From an uncultured bacterium (GTDB lineage: Bacteria; SAR324; NAC60-12): a stretch of 64,000 nt of DNA. The first letter of the stretch is position 1, and each line of letters begins with the position of its first letter. Location: NCBI GenBank assembly GCA_965662235.1, contig CBFIGY010000003.1, positions 32,001 to 96,000 of the forward strand, written 5' to 3'. Below the pieces are notes generated by a model, which saw only the letters and a program-made list of their open reading frames with translations, did not search any database and was not told the DNA's origin. Of the stretch, positions 28,650 to 37,976 are shown piece by piece. The translations under genes and the position numbers were made by a program.

Positions 28650-29693
28650 TCAGTTGGCCCCTTCCAGCAAGGTTCCAGACGCATCAAACAGCAGGTAACG
28701 CTCCAGCACAGGCGTCACCCCGTCTCCGGGGCTCCAGTTGCTCTGAGGAGACGTATGCACACTGAGCCGCTGCCCGTCACGCATCTCAATCTCCACCACC
28801 TTCACTGGCCCCGTAAACTCCACCTCCCGCACAAAGGCCCGGGCCTCCTCTGCTGCAGGAACCTCTAGGCGGATTTCTTCCGGACGCACCATCAGGCGTT
28901 TGGCAGCAGCGCTGAGGCCGGTGGCCGCCAGTGGCCCCAAAGACGTCTCCGGTGTGCCAGAGGCGTGGGTCACCTCTAGGAAGTTGGCCTCGCCCACAAA
29001 ACGGGCGGCCCAGAGGTTCGTTGGGTGCCGATACACGGCTTCTGGAACCCCCGTCTGCACCAGCTCACCGGCATACATGAGGAAAACCCGATCGGAGAAG
29101 GTAATCGCTTCCGTCTGATCGTGAGTGACCAGCAGCGCCGCAACACCTTCTTGCTTGAGGATGCGCCGAATGTCACGCCGCAGCTGCACCCGGAGCTGGT
29201 AGTCGAGGTTGCTGAAGGGTTCATCCATCAGGATCAGCTGCGGCCGAGGAGCCAGCGCCCGGGCCACAGCAATCCGTTGCTGCTCGCCTCCACTGATCAT
29301 GTGCGGCATCTTGTCTGCCAGGTGCGGCAGGCCCACCAGCTCCAGCAGTTCCTGCACACGTGCCTGCTTCTCGGAACGAGATCCCATGACACCGTAGGCA
29401 ATGTTGGCCGCCACAGACATGTGGGGGAAGAGAGCAAAGTCCTGAAACACCATGCCAAAGCGTCGATTCTCCGGAGGCACAAGCTTGCGGGGCCCAGAGA
29501 TTTCCTGATCCCGGAGGTAGAGGTGCCCGGCATCAGGCTCCTCCAGTCCAGCCACCAAGCGGAGCAGCGTCGATTTGCCGCATCCGGAGGGCCCAAGGAT
29601 CGCAATGAACTCCTGCGCAGCCACGTCAAAGCTCACACCACGGACGGCCTGCACAGAGCCGTAGGCCTTGGAGAGGGTTTCACAACGGATCAT
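28650..29693 (-). CDS. fbpC: Fe3+-type ABC transporter ATP-binding protein (FbpC-like)
   Basis: GPSGCGKST, VPPENRRFGMVFQDFALFPH, SGGEQQR and DEPFSNLD. Confidence 0.85.
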   Translation of the reverse strand: MIRCETLSKAYGSVQAVRGVSFDVAAQEFIAILGPSGCGKSTLLRLVAGLEEPDAGHLYLRDQEISGPRKLVPPENRRFGMVFQDFALFPHMSVAANIAYGVMGSRSEKQARVQELLELVGLPHLADKMPHMISGGEQQRIAVARALAPRPQLILMDEPFSNLDYQLRVQLRRDIRRILKQEGVAALLVTHDQTEAITFSDRVFLMYAGELVQTGVPEAVYRHPTNLWAARFVGEANFLEVTHASGTPETSLGPLAATGLSAAAKRLMVRPEEIRLEVPAAEEARAFVREVEFTGPVKVVEIEMRDGQRLSVHTSPQSNWSPGDGVTPVLERYLLFDASGTLLEGAN

Positions 29694-29694
29694 G

Positions 29695-31386
29695 TCAGTT
29701 CTCTGCCGTTTCAGCCACCGGACTCAGGCGGTGGGAAGGAGGCGCAGCGGCGCGCTCAGACGCCGACCGCATCTTCAGGTTGGTCAAGATGAGGGGAATC
29801 AGCCCAAAGGCCACAATCGTCAGGCACCAGAGGGAGGCCTGCTGCAGGCGTTCCTCTGCCGCATAACCGAAGGCCCGGGTGGCCAGGGTGCCAAAGTTGA
29901 AGGGACGGAGCATCAACGTTGCCGGAAGCTCCTTCATGACGTCCACAAACACCAGCAGAGCCGCGGTCAGGACGCTCCGACGCAGCAGAGGTAGGTGGAT
30001 TTCCCAAAGGGTCTGGCGGGAGTTCCGGCCCAGCATGCGGCTGGCTTCGTCCATTCCGGAAGTGATGCTGCTCAACCCTGCCTCCACGGTTCCAAAGGCC
30101 AGAGACAGGAACCGGACCAGGTAGGCAAACAGCAGCACCAGCACCGTTCCGCTGAGCAGGTAGGTCGCTCGCCAGCCCAGCCACGCCTCAAACTGCGGGT
30201 TGAGCCACTCCCGGTCCAGCCACGCCAACGGAAGCAGCACCCCCAGGGCCACCACGGGTCCCGGGATGGCGTACCCTAGGCTCACCAGCCGCACCACCCA
30301 CCGCAGTGACTGCTGGGTCTTCAACCGGAGCCCGTAGCTCAGAAACAGCCCCAGCAGCACCGCGCAGCCTGCAGCAAATCCAGCGAGCAGGAGGCTGTGA
30401 AACGCGTCCTCGGCAAAGGCGTCCAGCTGAATCGACGCAAAGGATTGCCACGTCCATAGCACCAGCATGAGGCTCGGAATCAAGAATCCCAGCCCCAAGG
30501 GCGTCAGGCAGGCCAAGACGGCCAACCACTGCTTGAGACGTGACGGAACCCGGCGTGGAAACGGACGCACCACTAGGTTTCGGGACTGGCTCTTCTGCAG
30601 CTTGCGGGAGTGACGTTCCAGCGCCACCAGCAGCACCACACACGCTAGGAGCGACAACGCCAATTGAGCAGCTCCCGAAGGGTTGTTGGTGCCAAACCAC
30701 GTGTGGTAGATGCCGGTGGTAAAGGTCTGGACCGCAAAGAGCTGCACCGTTCCAAAGTCCGCCAGCGTCTCCATCAGCACCAGGGACACCCCCACGATGA
30801 TGGCGGGACGTGCCAGCGGCAGCCCCACGTGCCAGAACCCTCGGCGCCGGGACCGTCCCAGCATCCGGCTGGCTTCCAGCAGCACCCCGGCTTGTTGCTG
30901 AAACGCGGTTCGGGCCAACAGGTACACATACGGATAGAGCACCAGCGTCAGCATCAGCCCTGCGCCTCCCACCGAGGCGACTTCTGGGAACCAGTAGTCC
31001 CGGGGGGTCTTCCAGTCAAACCACCCCCGGAGTGTGCTCTGCACCGGTCCGGCGTAGTCCAGCAGCTCCATGTACACCATGGCCACAATGTAGCCCGGAT
31101 AGGCAAGGGGCAGCAGCAGTCCCCACTCAAACCAACGTCGGCCTGGAAAGTCGTACATGGCAACAATCCAGCCGCTTCCCACGCCCAGCAGCAGCGTTCC
31201 CAGTCCCACCAGCAGCACCAGGTGCACCGAATTCAGCAGGTACCCGGGCAGCACCGTGCTCCACAGGTGCCCCCACACCGTCTGCTCCGCCTGCGCTGCC
31301 AGCCCGACTAAAGCCAGAAATGGGAGGCTGAACAGCAGGGCCAGCAACGCCAGCAGAGCGCTCCAGCGAAGGGATCGTTGGGACAT
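29695..31386 (-). CDS. fbpB: Fe3+-type ABC transporter permease (FbpB-like)
   Basis: Duplicated permease: LPLAYPGY, LYPYVYLLAR, METLADFG, GYAIPG and KELPATLMLRPFNFGTLA. Confidence 0.9.
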   Translation of the reverse strand: MSQRSLRWSALLALLALLFSLPFLALVGLAAQAEQTVWGHLWSTVLPGYLLNSVHLVLLVGLGTLLLGVGSGWIVAMYDFPGRRWFEWGLLLPLAYPGYIVAMVYMELLDYAGPVQSTLRGWFDWKTPRDYWFPEVASVGGAGLMLTLVLYPYVYLLARTAFQQQAGVLLEASRMLGRSRRRGFWHVGLPLARPAIIVGVSLVLMETLADFGTVQLFAVQTFTTGIYHTWFGTNNPSGAAQLALSLLACVVLLVALERHSRKLQKSQSRNLVVRPFPRRVPSRLKQWLAVLACLTPLGLGFLIPSLMLVLWTWQSFASIQLDAFAEDAFHSLLLAGFAAGCAVLLGLFLSYGLRLKTQQSLRWVVRLVSLGYAIPGPVVALGVLLPLAWLDREWLNPQFEAWLGWRATYLLSGTVLVLLFAYLVRFLSLAFGTVEAGLSSITSGMDEASRMLGRNSRQTLWEIHLPLLRRSVLTAALLVFVDVMKELPATLMLRPFNFGTLATRAFGYAAEERLQQASLWCLTIVAFGLIPLILTNLKMRSASERAAAPPSHRLSPVAETAEN

Positions 31387-31389
31387 CAG

Positions 31390-32058
31390 TTAGGCAACCG
31401 GGACGACGACGATGTACTCGGCAATGTGGAAGGGGAGGGAGATCTGTCCGTGACGGGACTCCAGCGTGAGGGCCTGCATGACATCCTCGCGGCTGATCAC
31501 ACGGTGGACCTCTCCGGGAATCACGTAGTCGCGGTGGAGGACCTTCAGCAGGTCTTCTGAATCCTCCAGCTGCTCCGACACCATCGCGATCTCCACGGTT
31601 GTGTCCGGACGGGCCTCATGCAGCGGAAAGGCGTTTGCGGGGAGCGAGCTTCCGGGCATCGGGGTGCCATGGGGACAGAACTCCGGACGTCCTAGGAACT
31701 CGGTCAGCTTTTGCACAACCAGCGGCGTCAGGGCATGCTCCAGCTGGTGAGCGTGCTTGTGCACCTCGTACCACGGGATGCCCAGGGTGTGGCAGAGGAA
31801 GTGCTCCGCCAGGTTGTGCCGGTAGGCAATGTCTTCTGCCACCCCCAGTCCTTCCTCCGTGAGTTCCCACACCTTCGACTCTCCCATCCGGACCAAACCG
31901 TCACGTTGCATCCGTGACAGCGTCGAGTGCACGGTCGGCGGACTCACCTTGAGCCGCTCCGCAAGGGTCACGGCCTTGAGCCCGACTTCTTCTGCTCCAC
32001 GCAGCTGGTAGAGCGTCAGCAGATATTCTTCAATGACCTGGGAGTGTCTCTCACTCAT
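31390..32058 (-). CDS. DtxR/MntR family metal-dependent transcriptional regulator
   Basis: EEYL..LY, LAERLKVSPPTV winged HTH, RHNLAEHFL, AHQLEH, CPHG.P and a FeoA-like C-terminal domain. Confidence 0.92.
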   Translation of the reverse strand: MSERHSQVIEEYLLTLYQLRGAEEVGLKAVTLAERLKVSPPTVHSTLSRMQRDGLVRMGESKVWELTEEGLGVAEDIAYRHNLAEHFLCHTLGIPWYEVHKHAHQLEHALTPLVVQKLTEFLGRPEFCPHGTPMPGSSLPANAFPLHEARPDTTVEIAMVSEQLEDSEDLLKVLHRDYVIPGEVHRVISREDVMQALTLESRHGQISLPFHIAEYIVVVPVA

Positions 32059-32406
32059 GGCAACCGAGGACGAAGTGAACGAGGAACTAATTATCGTAGC
32101 GGATTTCATGAACCGGGGCCAGATCTGACGACACTTTTTCACCCGGCTCTGGCGCAACCGCTTCCGCAGCGCTCGTGACCGTTGGCGCGTTTTCTTGCAC
32201 TTGTTGCTTCAGGGGCTTCCGGATAGAGTACCGATCAAGCCCGTGCGTTCCGCAGGAGCGGGCAGTTGCAGGTCACAGAAACTGAAGGAGCGCCAGCAGC
32301 GCCCCATCCGGAGCAGGACGGGAGAAAGAAGGGGAGGGCGCTGCTTCAGAAGAGAGGCAGCGCGACACAAGACAGGGAAGGGCTGAGGCGAGAAACGCCT
32401 AGAAAC

Positions 32407-32649
32407 TCAGCGAGGATCCATGTTGAAGACCATCCAGATCAGCCCAATGGTGGCCAATGTTGCCACCACAAACATGAGCTGGCTGGCAATCAGGTCCGTT
32501 CCACGGCTGACTCCATACTCCCCAGCTTCTCGCTTGCGGAGCAGTTCTTCATCGTGCTTCTTGGCCGCTTCAATGTCTGCAGCCCGGAGCCGTTGCTCTT
32601 CTTCAAAGTACTCTTCCACCTCTTTGATCAATGCCTGATCTTCGCTCAT
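32407..32649 (-). CDS. Small protein with a charged N-terminus and a C-terminal TM helix (80 aa)
   Basis: MSEDQALIKEVEEYFEEEQ...LMFVVATLATIGLIWMVF; coding-like composition. Confidence 0.65.
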   Translation of the reverse strand: MSEDQALIKEVEEYFEEEQRLRAADIEAAKKHDEELLRKREAGEYGVSRGTDLIASQLMFVVATLATIGLIWMVFNMDPR

Positions 32650-32818
32650 TCCACACCTTGATAATTGAGAAACTTCTTTTGAAAAAAACAGAATCCGGGC
32701 CAACCTTAGCACAACTCTCAGCAGAGACCAAGCACCAAACGCACGCAACCGGGCTTTCCGCCGTCTGTCCCTTCGGGGGCTCCTGCTTTTTCCCCACCAC
32801 TGCTCGCCCCTCTGCCGG

Positions 32819-33796
32819 ATGCTGAACTCGTCTCTGACCACGCTGATGCTCGACTCTCCGGCAGTGCTCATTGGGGTGGCCTTCCTGTTGGACCTTCTGT
32901 TCGGTGACCCCGTTTACCGCTGGCACCCGGTTCGGCTCATTGGTCAGGCCATTGCCCGGCTGGAAGCGACTCTGCGTGCACGGCAGGAAGCCGGATTTCG
33001 AGGTGGCATCGTCTTGACGCTGGGAGTGGTTTCCGGGACTCTATTAGCGGTTTTGTCCGCAGTGGCCTTTTTCTCGGCGCTGCACCCGCTCCTCGGCTGG
33101 GGCCTTTCGCTCTACTGGGCCTGGAGCTTCCTCGCCCTGAGGGACCTGCTCGGACACGCCTGGGCGGTTCGGCAGGCGCTTGCGGAAGAAGACCTCCAGG
33201 GCGCACGTCAGGCTGTCTCTCAGATGGTGGGGCGAGACACCCAGGCCCTTGATGCCGGAGCCTGCGGGCGGGCCGCGGTGGAGAGCGTTGCCGAAAACCT
33301 CTGCGACGGCGTCATTGCCCCGCTCTTCTGGTTTGCCCTGCTCGGGCTTCCGGGAATGGTGCTGTTCAAGGTGGTCAACACATTGGACTCCATGGTCGGG
33401 TACCGGACAGAACAGTACCGGCAGTTTGGCTGGGCCAGCGCACGGCTCGATGACGTCCTCTGCTGGCTCCCGGCTCGCCTGACCTTTGGTCTGCTGGTGG
33501 CGGGCGCCTGGCTGCTTCCCGGATACTCCGCCTCACAGGCGTGGCGCATTGGCCTCCGGGACCGACACCACACCGCCAGTCCCAACGCGGGGTGGAGCGA
33601 AGCCGCCGCGGCCGGGGCCTTGAACGTGCGGCTCCGGGGGCCCATTTGGCGCAACGGACAGCTGAGCAGTGACGACTGGATTGGTCCCCAAACCGCCTCA
33701 GAAACCGTGGGCCCTGACGCCTTGACTCGCATGAACCGCCTCGCGTTTGCCGCTTCCCTGCTGGCACTGCTGTTGCTGCTCGGAGGGCTGCCATGA
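32819..33796 (+). CDS. cbiB: Adenosylcobinamide-phosphate synthase CbiB/CobD
   Basis: LDLLFGDP..HPV, VGRDT, ESVAEN..DGVIAP, NTLDSMVGY and SPNAGW.EAA. Confidence 0.95.
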   Translation: MLNSSLTTLMLDSPAVLIGVAFLLDLLFGDPVYRWHPVRLIGQAIARLEATLRARQEAGFRGGIVLTLGVVSGTLLAVLSAVAFFSALHPLLGWGLSLYWAWSFLALRDLLGHAWAVRQALAEEDLQGARQAVSQMVGRDTQALDAGACGRAAVESVAENLCDGVIAPLFWFALLGLPGMVLFKVVNTLDSMVGYRTEQYRQFGWASARLDDVLCWLPARLTFGLLVAGAWLLPGYSASQAWRIGLRDRHHTASPNAGWSEAAAAGALNVRLRGPIWRNGQLSSDDWIGPQTASETVGPDALTRMNRLAFAASLLALLLLLGGLP

Positions 33797-34308
33797 AGGT
33801 TCTGGTGACCGGAGGGGTCAAAAGCGGAAAGTCCCGCTTTGCGGAACAGCGGACCCTGGCTCTGGCGACGCAACAACGGCCCATCTACTTGGCCACAACG
33901 GAGTTCCGGGACCCGGAGCTGGATGCCCGCATTCAGGTGCATCAGGAACGCCGTGGGCAACGCTTTGAAACCCGGGAGGCACCGCTCGATCTGGCTCAGG
34001 CGGTGGCCGACACCGACGCTCCGGTGCTGGTGGAGTGCCTGACCATGTGGCTCAACAACTGGCTGTACCATCAGCGGTCGGAAGAAGCCGCGTTTGCCGA
34101 AATCCAACGCCTGCTGGCGCTTCCCAACGATCTGGTGTTGGTGCTCAACGAAGTTGGACTGGGCCTGATCCCGGACAATGAACTCGCCCGTCAGTTTGCC
34201 GATCTCTCCGGAAAGGTGGGGCAGCAGCTAGGGGCGGCCTGTCATGAAACCTGGTGGGTGGTCGCCGGCCTCCCCCAACGGATCCATTCAAATAAGGAGT
34301 TTTCTTGA
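33793..34308 (+). CDS. cobU: Adenosylcobinamide kinase/guanylyltransferase
   Basis: GGVKSGKS..AE, RI..HQERR, ECLTMW..N and NEVGLG. Confidence 0.93.
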   Translation: MKVLVTGGVKSGKSRFAEQRTLALATQQRPIYLATTEFRDPELDARIQVHQERRGQRFETREAPLDLAQAVADTDAPVLVECLTMWLNNWLYHQRSEEAAFAEIQRLLALPNDLVLVLNEVGLGLIPDNELARQFADLSGKVGQQLGAACHETWWVVAGLPQRIHSNKEFS

Positions 34309-35411
34309 GTCATTTTGGAATCATGGTGTGCGGTCACGGAAGCCGTGACGAAAAGGCGGTCGAAGAGTTTCAATCCGTCGCCCGGGGCCTCCGGGAACGG
34401 CTTCCGCAGTATGAAACCGATTGGGGCTTCCTGGAGTTTGCCACCCCCATCATCCGCGATGGACTGAACGCGCTCCGGGAGAAGGGCGTGAAGGAGGTCC
34501 TTGCGGTGCCAGGAATGCTCTTTGCGGCAGGACATGCCAAGAACGACATCCCCTCCGTCCTCAACACCTACCAGGCCCAGCATGACGGGATGACCATCCG
34601 GTACGGACGCGAATTGGGCATTGATACCAAGCTCCTCCGGGCCGCTGGGGAACGCATTGAAAGCGCGTTGGCCGAGGTCGATCCGACGATCCCACGCCAC
34701 GAAACCCTGCTCGTTGTGGTGGGCCGAGGCTCCTCAGATCCCGACGCCAATTCGAACATCAGCAAGGTTGCCCGGATGCTCTGGGAAGGCCTAGGGTTCG
34801 GCTGGGCTGAGGTCGCTTATTCAGGAGTCACCTTTCCCCTCGTGGAGCCGGCGCTGGAGCATGCCACCCGCCTGGGCTTCCGACGGATTGTCGTCTTTCC
34901 CTACTTCCTCTTCACCGGCATCCTCGTCCGGCGGATCTACGATCACACCGACCTGGTTGCGGCGCGGCATCCGGAGATCGAATTCGTCAAGGCTTCCTAC
35001 CTCAACGACCATCCGCTGGTGCTGGACACCTTTGCGGACCGTGTTCAGGAAATTCTGAGCGGCACCAACGTCATGAACTGCCAGCTCTGCAAGTACCGCG
35101 AGCAGGTGCTCGGCTTTGAAGCTGAAGTGGGCCTGCCCCAAGAGAGCCACCACCACCATGTGGAAGGCATTGGCACCGGAAACCTCGACCAGGCCGTTGA
35201 GTATGGCGCCGACGCCCCTGAATCCGATCACCACCACCATGATCATGGACACGGGCATGAACACGGGCACTCCCACAGTCATGAGCACGGGCACGATCAT
35301 GGACACGGACATGGGCATGATCACGGACATCACCATCCCACCCACCCGCACGCGAACCATCCGCTCGGACCGGTTTCGCTGAAACGCCTCAAATCCCTCA
35401 AGCCGGAATGA
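34305..35411 (+). CDS. cbiX: Sirohydrochlorin cobaltochelatase CbiX (long form, His-rich tail)
   Basis: GHGSRD, LFAAGHAKNDIP, GRGSSDPDAN, PYFLFTG, the MNCQLCKY Fe-S motif and a poly-His C-terminus. Confidence 0.93.
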   Translation: MSHFGIMVCGHGSRDEKAVEEFQSVARGLRERLPQYETDWGFLEFATPIIRDGLNALREKGVKEVLAVPGMLFAAGHAKNDIPSVLNTYQAQHDGMTIRYGRELGIDTKLLRAAGERIESALAEVDPTIPRHETLLVVVGRGSSDPDANSNISKVARMLWEGLGFGWAEVAYSGVTFPLVEPALEHATRLGFRRIVVFPYFLFTGILVRRIYDHTDLVAARHPEIEFVKASYLNDHPLVLDTFADRVQEILSGTNVMNCQLCKYREQVLGFEAEVGLPQESHHHHVEGIGTGNLDQAVEYGADAPESDHHHHDHGHGHEHGHSHSHEHGHDHGHGHGHDHGHHHPTHPHANHPLGPVSLKRLKSLKPE

Positions 35412-36064
35412 TTGACTACCTGAAAGATCCGGAAGCCATCTACCGAGAATCCTTTGCCACCGTCCGACGTGAGACGGATTTTGGAGACCTTCCTCCGGAC
35501 CTGGCCGAAGTCGCCGTCCGCATCATCCACTCCTGTGGCATGACGGACATTCCCCCCGCCCTCGGGTACAGCCTCGACTCGGTGCGCTCCGGCATCCACG
35601 CCCTTCAGGCCGGAGCTCCCATCCTCTGCGACGTCAACATGGTGGAAGACGGCATCATCAAGCGGTTCCTTCCGGCACAGAACTCCACGTGGTGCTGCAT
35701 TGACGACATGGACGTGGCGCAGGACGCCCGCCGCCGCGGGATCACGCGTTCCGCAGTCGCGACGGAACGGTGGCTGCCGTACCTGCTTGATGCCATTGTG
35801 GTCATCGGTAACGCTCCCACTGCGCTCTTCCGTCTGCTGGAAGGATTGGAGGAAGAAGGGTGGCCGCACCCAGCGCTGATCCTTGGCTTTCCTGTGGGCT
35901 TCATTGGCGCCGCCGAGTCCAAGATCAGCCTCTCCGAAAAAGCGCAGGCGCTGGAAATCCCCTTCATGACCCTTCACGGTCGCCGAGGAGGCAGTGCCAT
36001 TGCCGCAGCCGCTCTGAACGCTGTTGCCGTCCTCAGCCGCGAGTCAACGGTTCCTGACCCTTAA
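35408..36064 (+). CDS. cobH: Precorrin-8X methylmutase CobH/CbiC
   Basis: IYRESF, RIIHSCG, TRSA, IGNAPTALF, PVGFIGAAESK and GRRGGS. Confidence 0.95.
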   Translation: MIDYLKDPEAIYRESFATVRRETDFGDLPPDLAEVAVRIIHSCGMTDIPPALGYSLDSVRSGIHALQAGAPILCDVNMVEDGIIKRFLPAQNSTWCCIDDMDVAQDARRRGITRSAVATERWLPYLLDAIVVIGNAPTALFRLLEGLEEEGWPHPALILGFPVGFIGAAESKISLSEKAQALEIPFMTLHGRRGGSAIAAAALNAVAVLSRESTVPDP

Positions 36065-36121
36065 TCTCCGGAGGTCCCGGGGTCTGAGGTTCGTCCCCAC
36101 CGACTCACCTTCTCGCAGACT

Positions 36122-36478
36122 TCACACTCTGAGTCGTTGTTGGTGAAGGGGACCTTTCTGCAGGAACGCTTTTTCTAGATCTCTCTGCAGGATAGTTTTG
36201 TCTAGATCCACCTGAGGAGAGGGGTGAGAGGAGGGGTTGGCCTGTGCCTGAGGAACGGAAAAAGAGCGCATAAACCGTTGAAGACGTTTAAAGCTGGAGG
36301 AGGGTTTGGCGGAAGTGACCATCTTGCGAGAGAGGTCCATCAGATTCACACTCCGGGCTCGCAGCAGGGCTTGGACAAATTGGCTCGTGACCTCAAGCTT
36401 GGGCTTGCTCCAAGGAAGGTGCGTCCGAAGAGCTCGGCGGAGCGCGGTGACGGGGGTGGGCGGTGGAGTCATCGTCAA
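36122..36478 (-). mobile_element. Truncated IS4-family transposase N-terminal domain with a non-transposase tail
   Basis: LRTHLPWSKPKL..FVQALLRARSVNLMDLS...AKPSSSFKRLQRF resembles IS4/IS10-group N-termini; no DDE domain; no terminal inverted repeats recognised. Confidence 0.6.
36154..36207. repeat. Imperfect 27-bp tandem duplication
   Basis: CTTTCTGCAGGAACGCTTTTTCTAGAT followed by CTCTCTGCAGGATAGTTTTGTCTAGAT (encodes DLDKTILQR/DLEKAFLQK on the minus strand). Confidence 0.75.
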
Positions 36479-36647
36479 ATCAAATTGTTAGCCTTATCCA
36501 GCTGATCTTGCATGACCCACTTCTGGGCATTCCTCCACTGTACCCCACTTGAATCGGCTTGCACAAGTACCTGATTTCTTGTGTAGTTGAGCCCGGTTGA
36601 CGGGGGCTGGGCCCCGTCAGGCAAGGACTTTTAATCTCTGGTTGGAT

Positions 36648-37889
36648 ATGAATGCGTCTGTTGCGCCATGGCTGAGCGTCATTGGCATTGGTGAAGATGG
36701 CTGGCCCGGGTTGGGGCTGGAGGCGCAGCAGCGTCTTTCAGAGGCCCAGGTCGTCTTTGGCAGTCCCCGGCACCTGAGCCTGCTGCCAGACGCCATCACG
36801 CCGTCTCGGTACACGTGGTCCAAGCGCATGGAAGACGACTTCCCCCGGATCCGGGAGTTTGGCATGGGAGCCGTGGTGCTTGCCACTGGAGACCCCCTCT
36901 GCTACGGCGTTGGCGCCAAGCTGCTCCGGGAGGGATTTACCGCCGAGGAGGTCCGCTTCCTGCCGATGCCTTCCGCCTACTCCCTGGCCTGCGCACGGTT
37001 GGGGTGGTCGCTTCCAGAAGTGGAGTTGCTCACGGTACACGGGCGCCCGCTGGAGACCCTGCACCCCTTTGTGCAGCCTCAGGTGAAGCTGCTCATCCTC
37101 AGCTGGAATGGCACCAGTCCGCAACAGGTGGCGGACCTTCTGACCGCCCGGGGCTTTGGTCCCAGCCGCCTGACGGTGCTGGAGCACCTAGGAGGCGCAC
37201 AGGAAAACGCCTTTGCAGGCGTCGCGGAGTCCTGGAGCCATCCCGAAGGAGCGTCTCTGAACGTCATTGGCGTGGAGTGCCTTCCAGGGCCTCAGGTGAA
37301 GCTGCTGCCACGGCTTCCGGGACTCACCGATGACGCGTTTGAACATGATGGGAAGCTGACGAAGCGCGAGGTCCGGGCGGCAACGCTGGCGAAGCTGATG
37401 CCACTGCCTGGGCAGCGACTTTGGGACCTTGGGGCCGGAAGTGGCTCGGTGGCCATTGAGTGGCTCCGGAGTGATCCTCGCAACACCGCTGTTGCGGTGG
37501 AGCGGCACCCGGAACGGTTGACGTGGCTGGAACGCAATGCGGTTGCGCTTGGGGTCCGGCCTCGTCTGGAAATCCTTTCCGGTTCTCTGGAAGACCGCCT
37601 GCCGCACCTTCCGGAGCCAGACGCTGTCTTCATTGGTGGAGGGCTTTCTGCAGACGTGCTTTCCGCGTCCTGGGAGGCTCTGCGTCCGTGGGGCCGCCTG
37701 GTCGCCAATGCTGTCACCCTAGAGAGCGAGCAGGTCCTCCTGGCGTGGCAAGCGGAGCACGGAGGAGAGTTGACGCGCCTCAGCCTCGCCCGTGCAGAAC
37801 CGGTGGGGCCCTACCAGGGCTGGCGCGCCTTGATGCCGGTCACCCAGTACAGTCGCCTCAAGCCTCCTTCCAACGTTTCAAATTTGTAA
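36648..37889 (+). CDS. cobL: Precorrin-6Y C5,15-methyltransferase (decarboxylating), CbiE-CbiT fusion
   Basis: IGIGEDG, LATGDPL.YGVG, HGRP, TKREVRA, WDLGAGSGSV and DAVFIGGG. Confidence 0.95.
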   Translation: MNASVAPWLSVIGIGEDGWPGLGLEAQQRLSEAQVVFGSPRHLSLLPDAITPSRYTWSKRMEDDFPRIREFGMGAVVLATGDPLCYGVGAKLLREGFTAEEVRFLPMPSAYSLACARLGWSLPEVELLTVHGRPLETLHPFVQPQVKLLILSWNGTSPQQVADLLTARGFGPSRLTVLEHLGGAQENAFAGVAESWSHPEGASLNVIGVECLPGPQVKLLPRLPGLTDDAFEHDGKLTKREVRAATLAKLMPLPGQRLWDLGAGSGSVAIEWLRSDPRNTAVAVERHPERLTWLERNAVALGVRPRLEILSGSLEDRLPHLPEPDAVFIGGGLSADVLSASWEALRPWGRLVANAVTLESEQVLLAWQAEHGGELTRLSLARAEPVGPYQGWRALMPVTQYSRLKPPSNVSNL

Positions 37890-37976
37890 GGTTCACGCAA
37901 GAGAGGCGCAACAAAGACGCCGTAGACTGATGATCAGTTCCATTGCGTTTTGTCCCTCTTGCGCCTCACGGTCCTC

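Noticed and set aside
32325..32400. AAGGGGAG...GGCGAGA resembling a yybP-ykoY (Mn) riboswitch near the DtxR/MntR gene
   Set aside because: Wrong strand for the regulator, and it lacks the GAGUAGC and CGUCA core
32650..32818. Cobalamin riboswitch upstream of cbiB (also checked 36480-36647 and 25615-25660)
   Set aside because: No complete GGGAA..GGTG..AATCC..GCCCCCGC.ACTGT or B12-box pattern
35228..35360. Repetitive CAT/CAC-GGA/GGG tract
   Set aside because: It encodes the known His-rich tail of long-form CbiX and is not a CRISPR or DNA-level repeat
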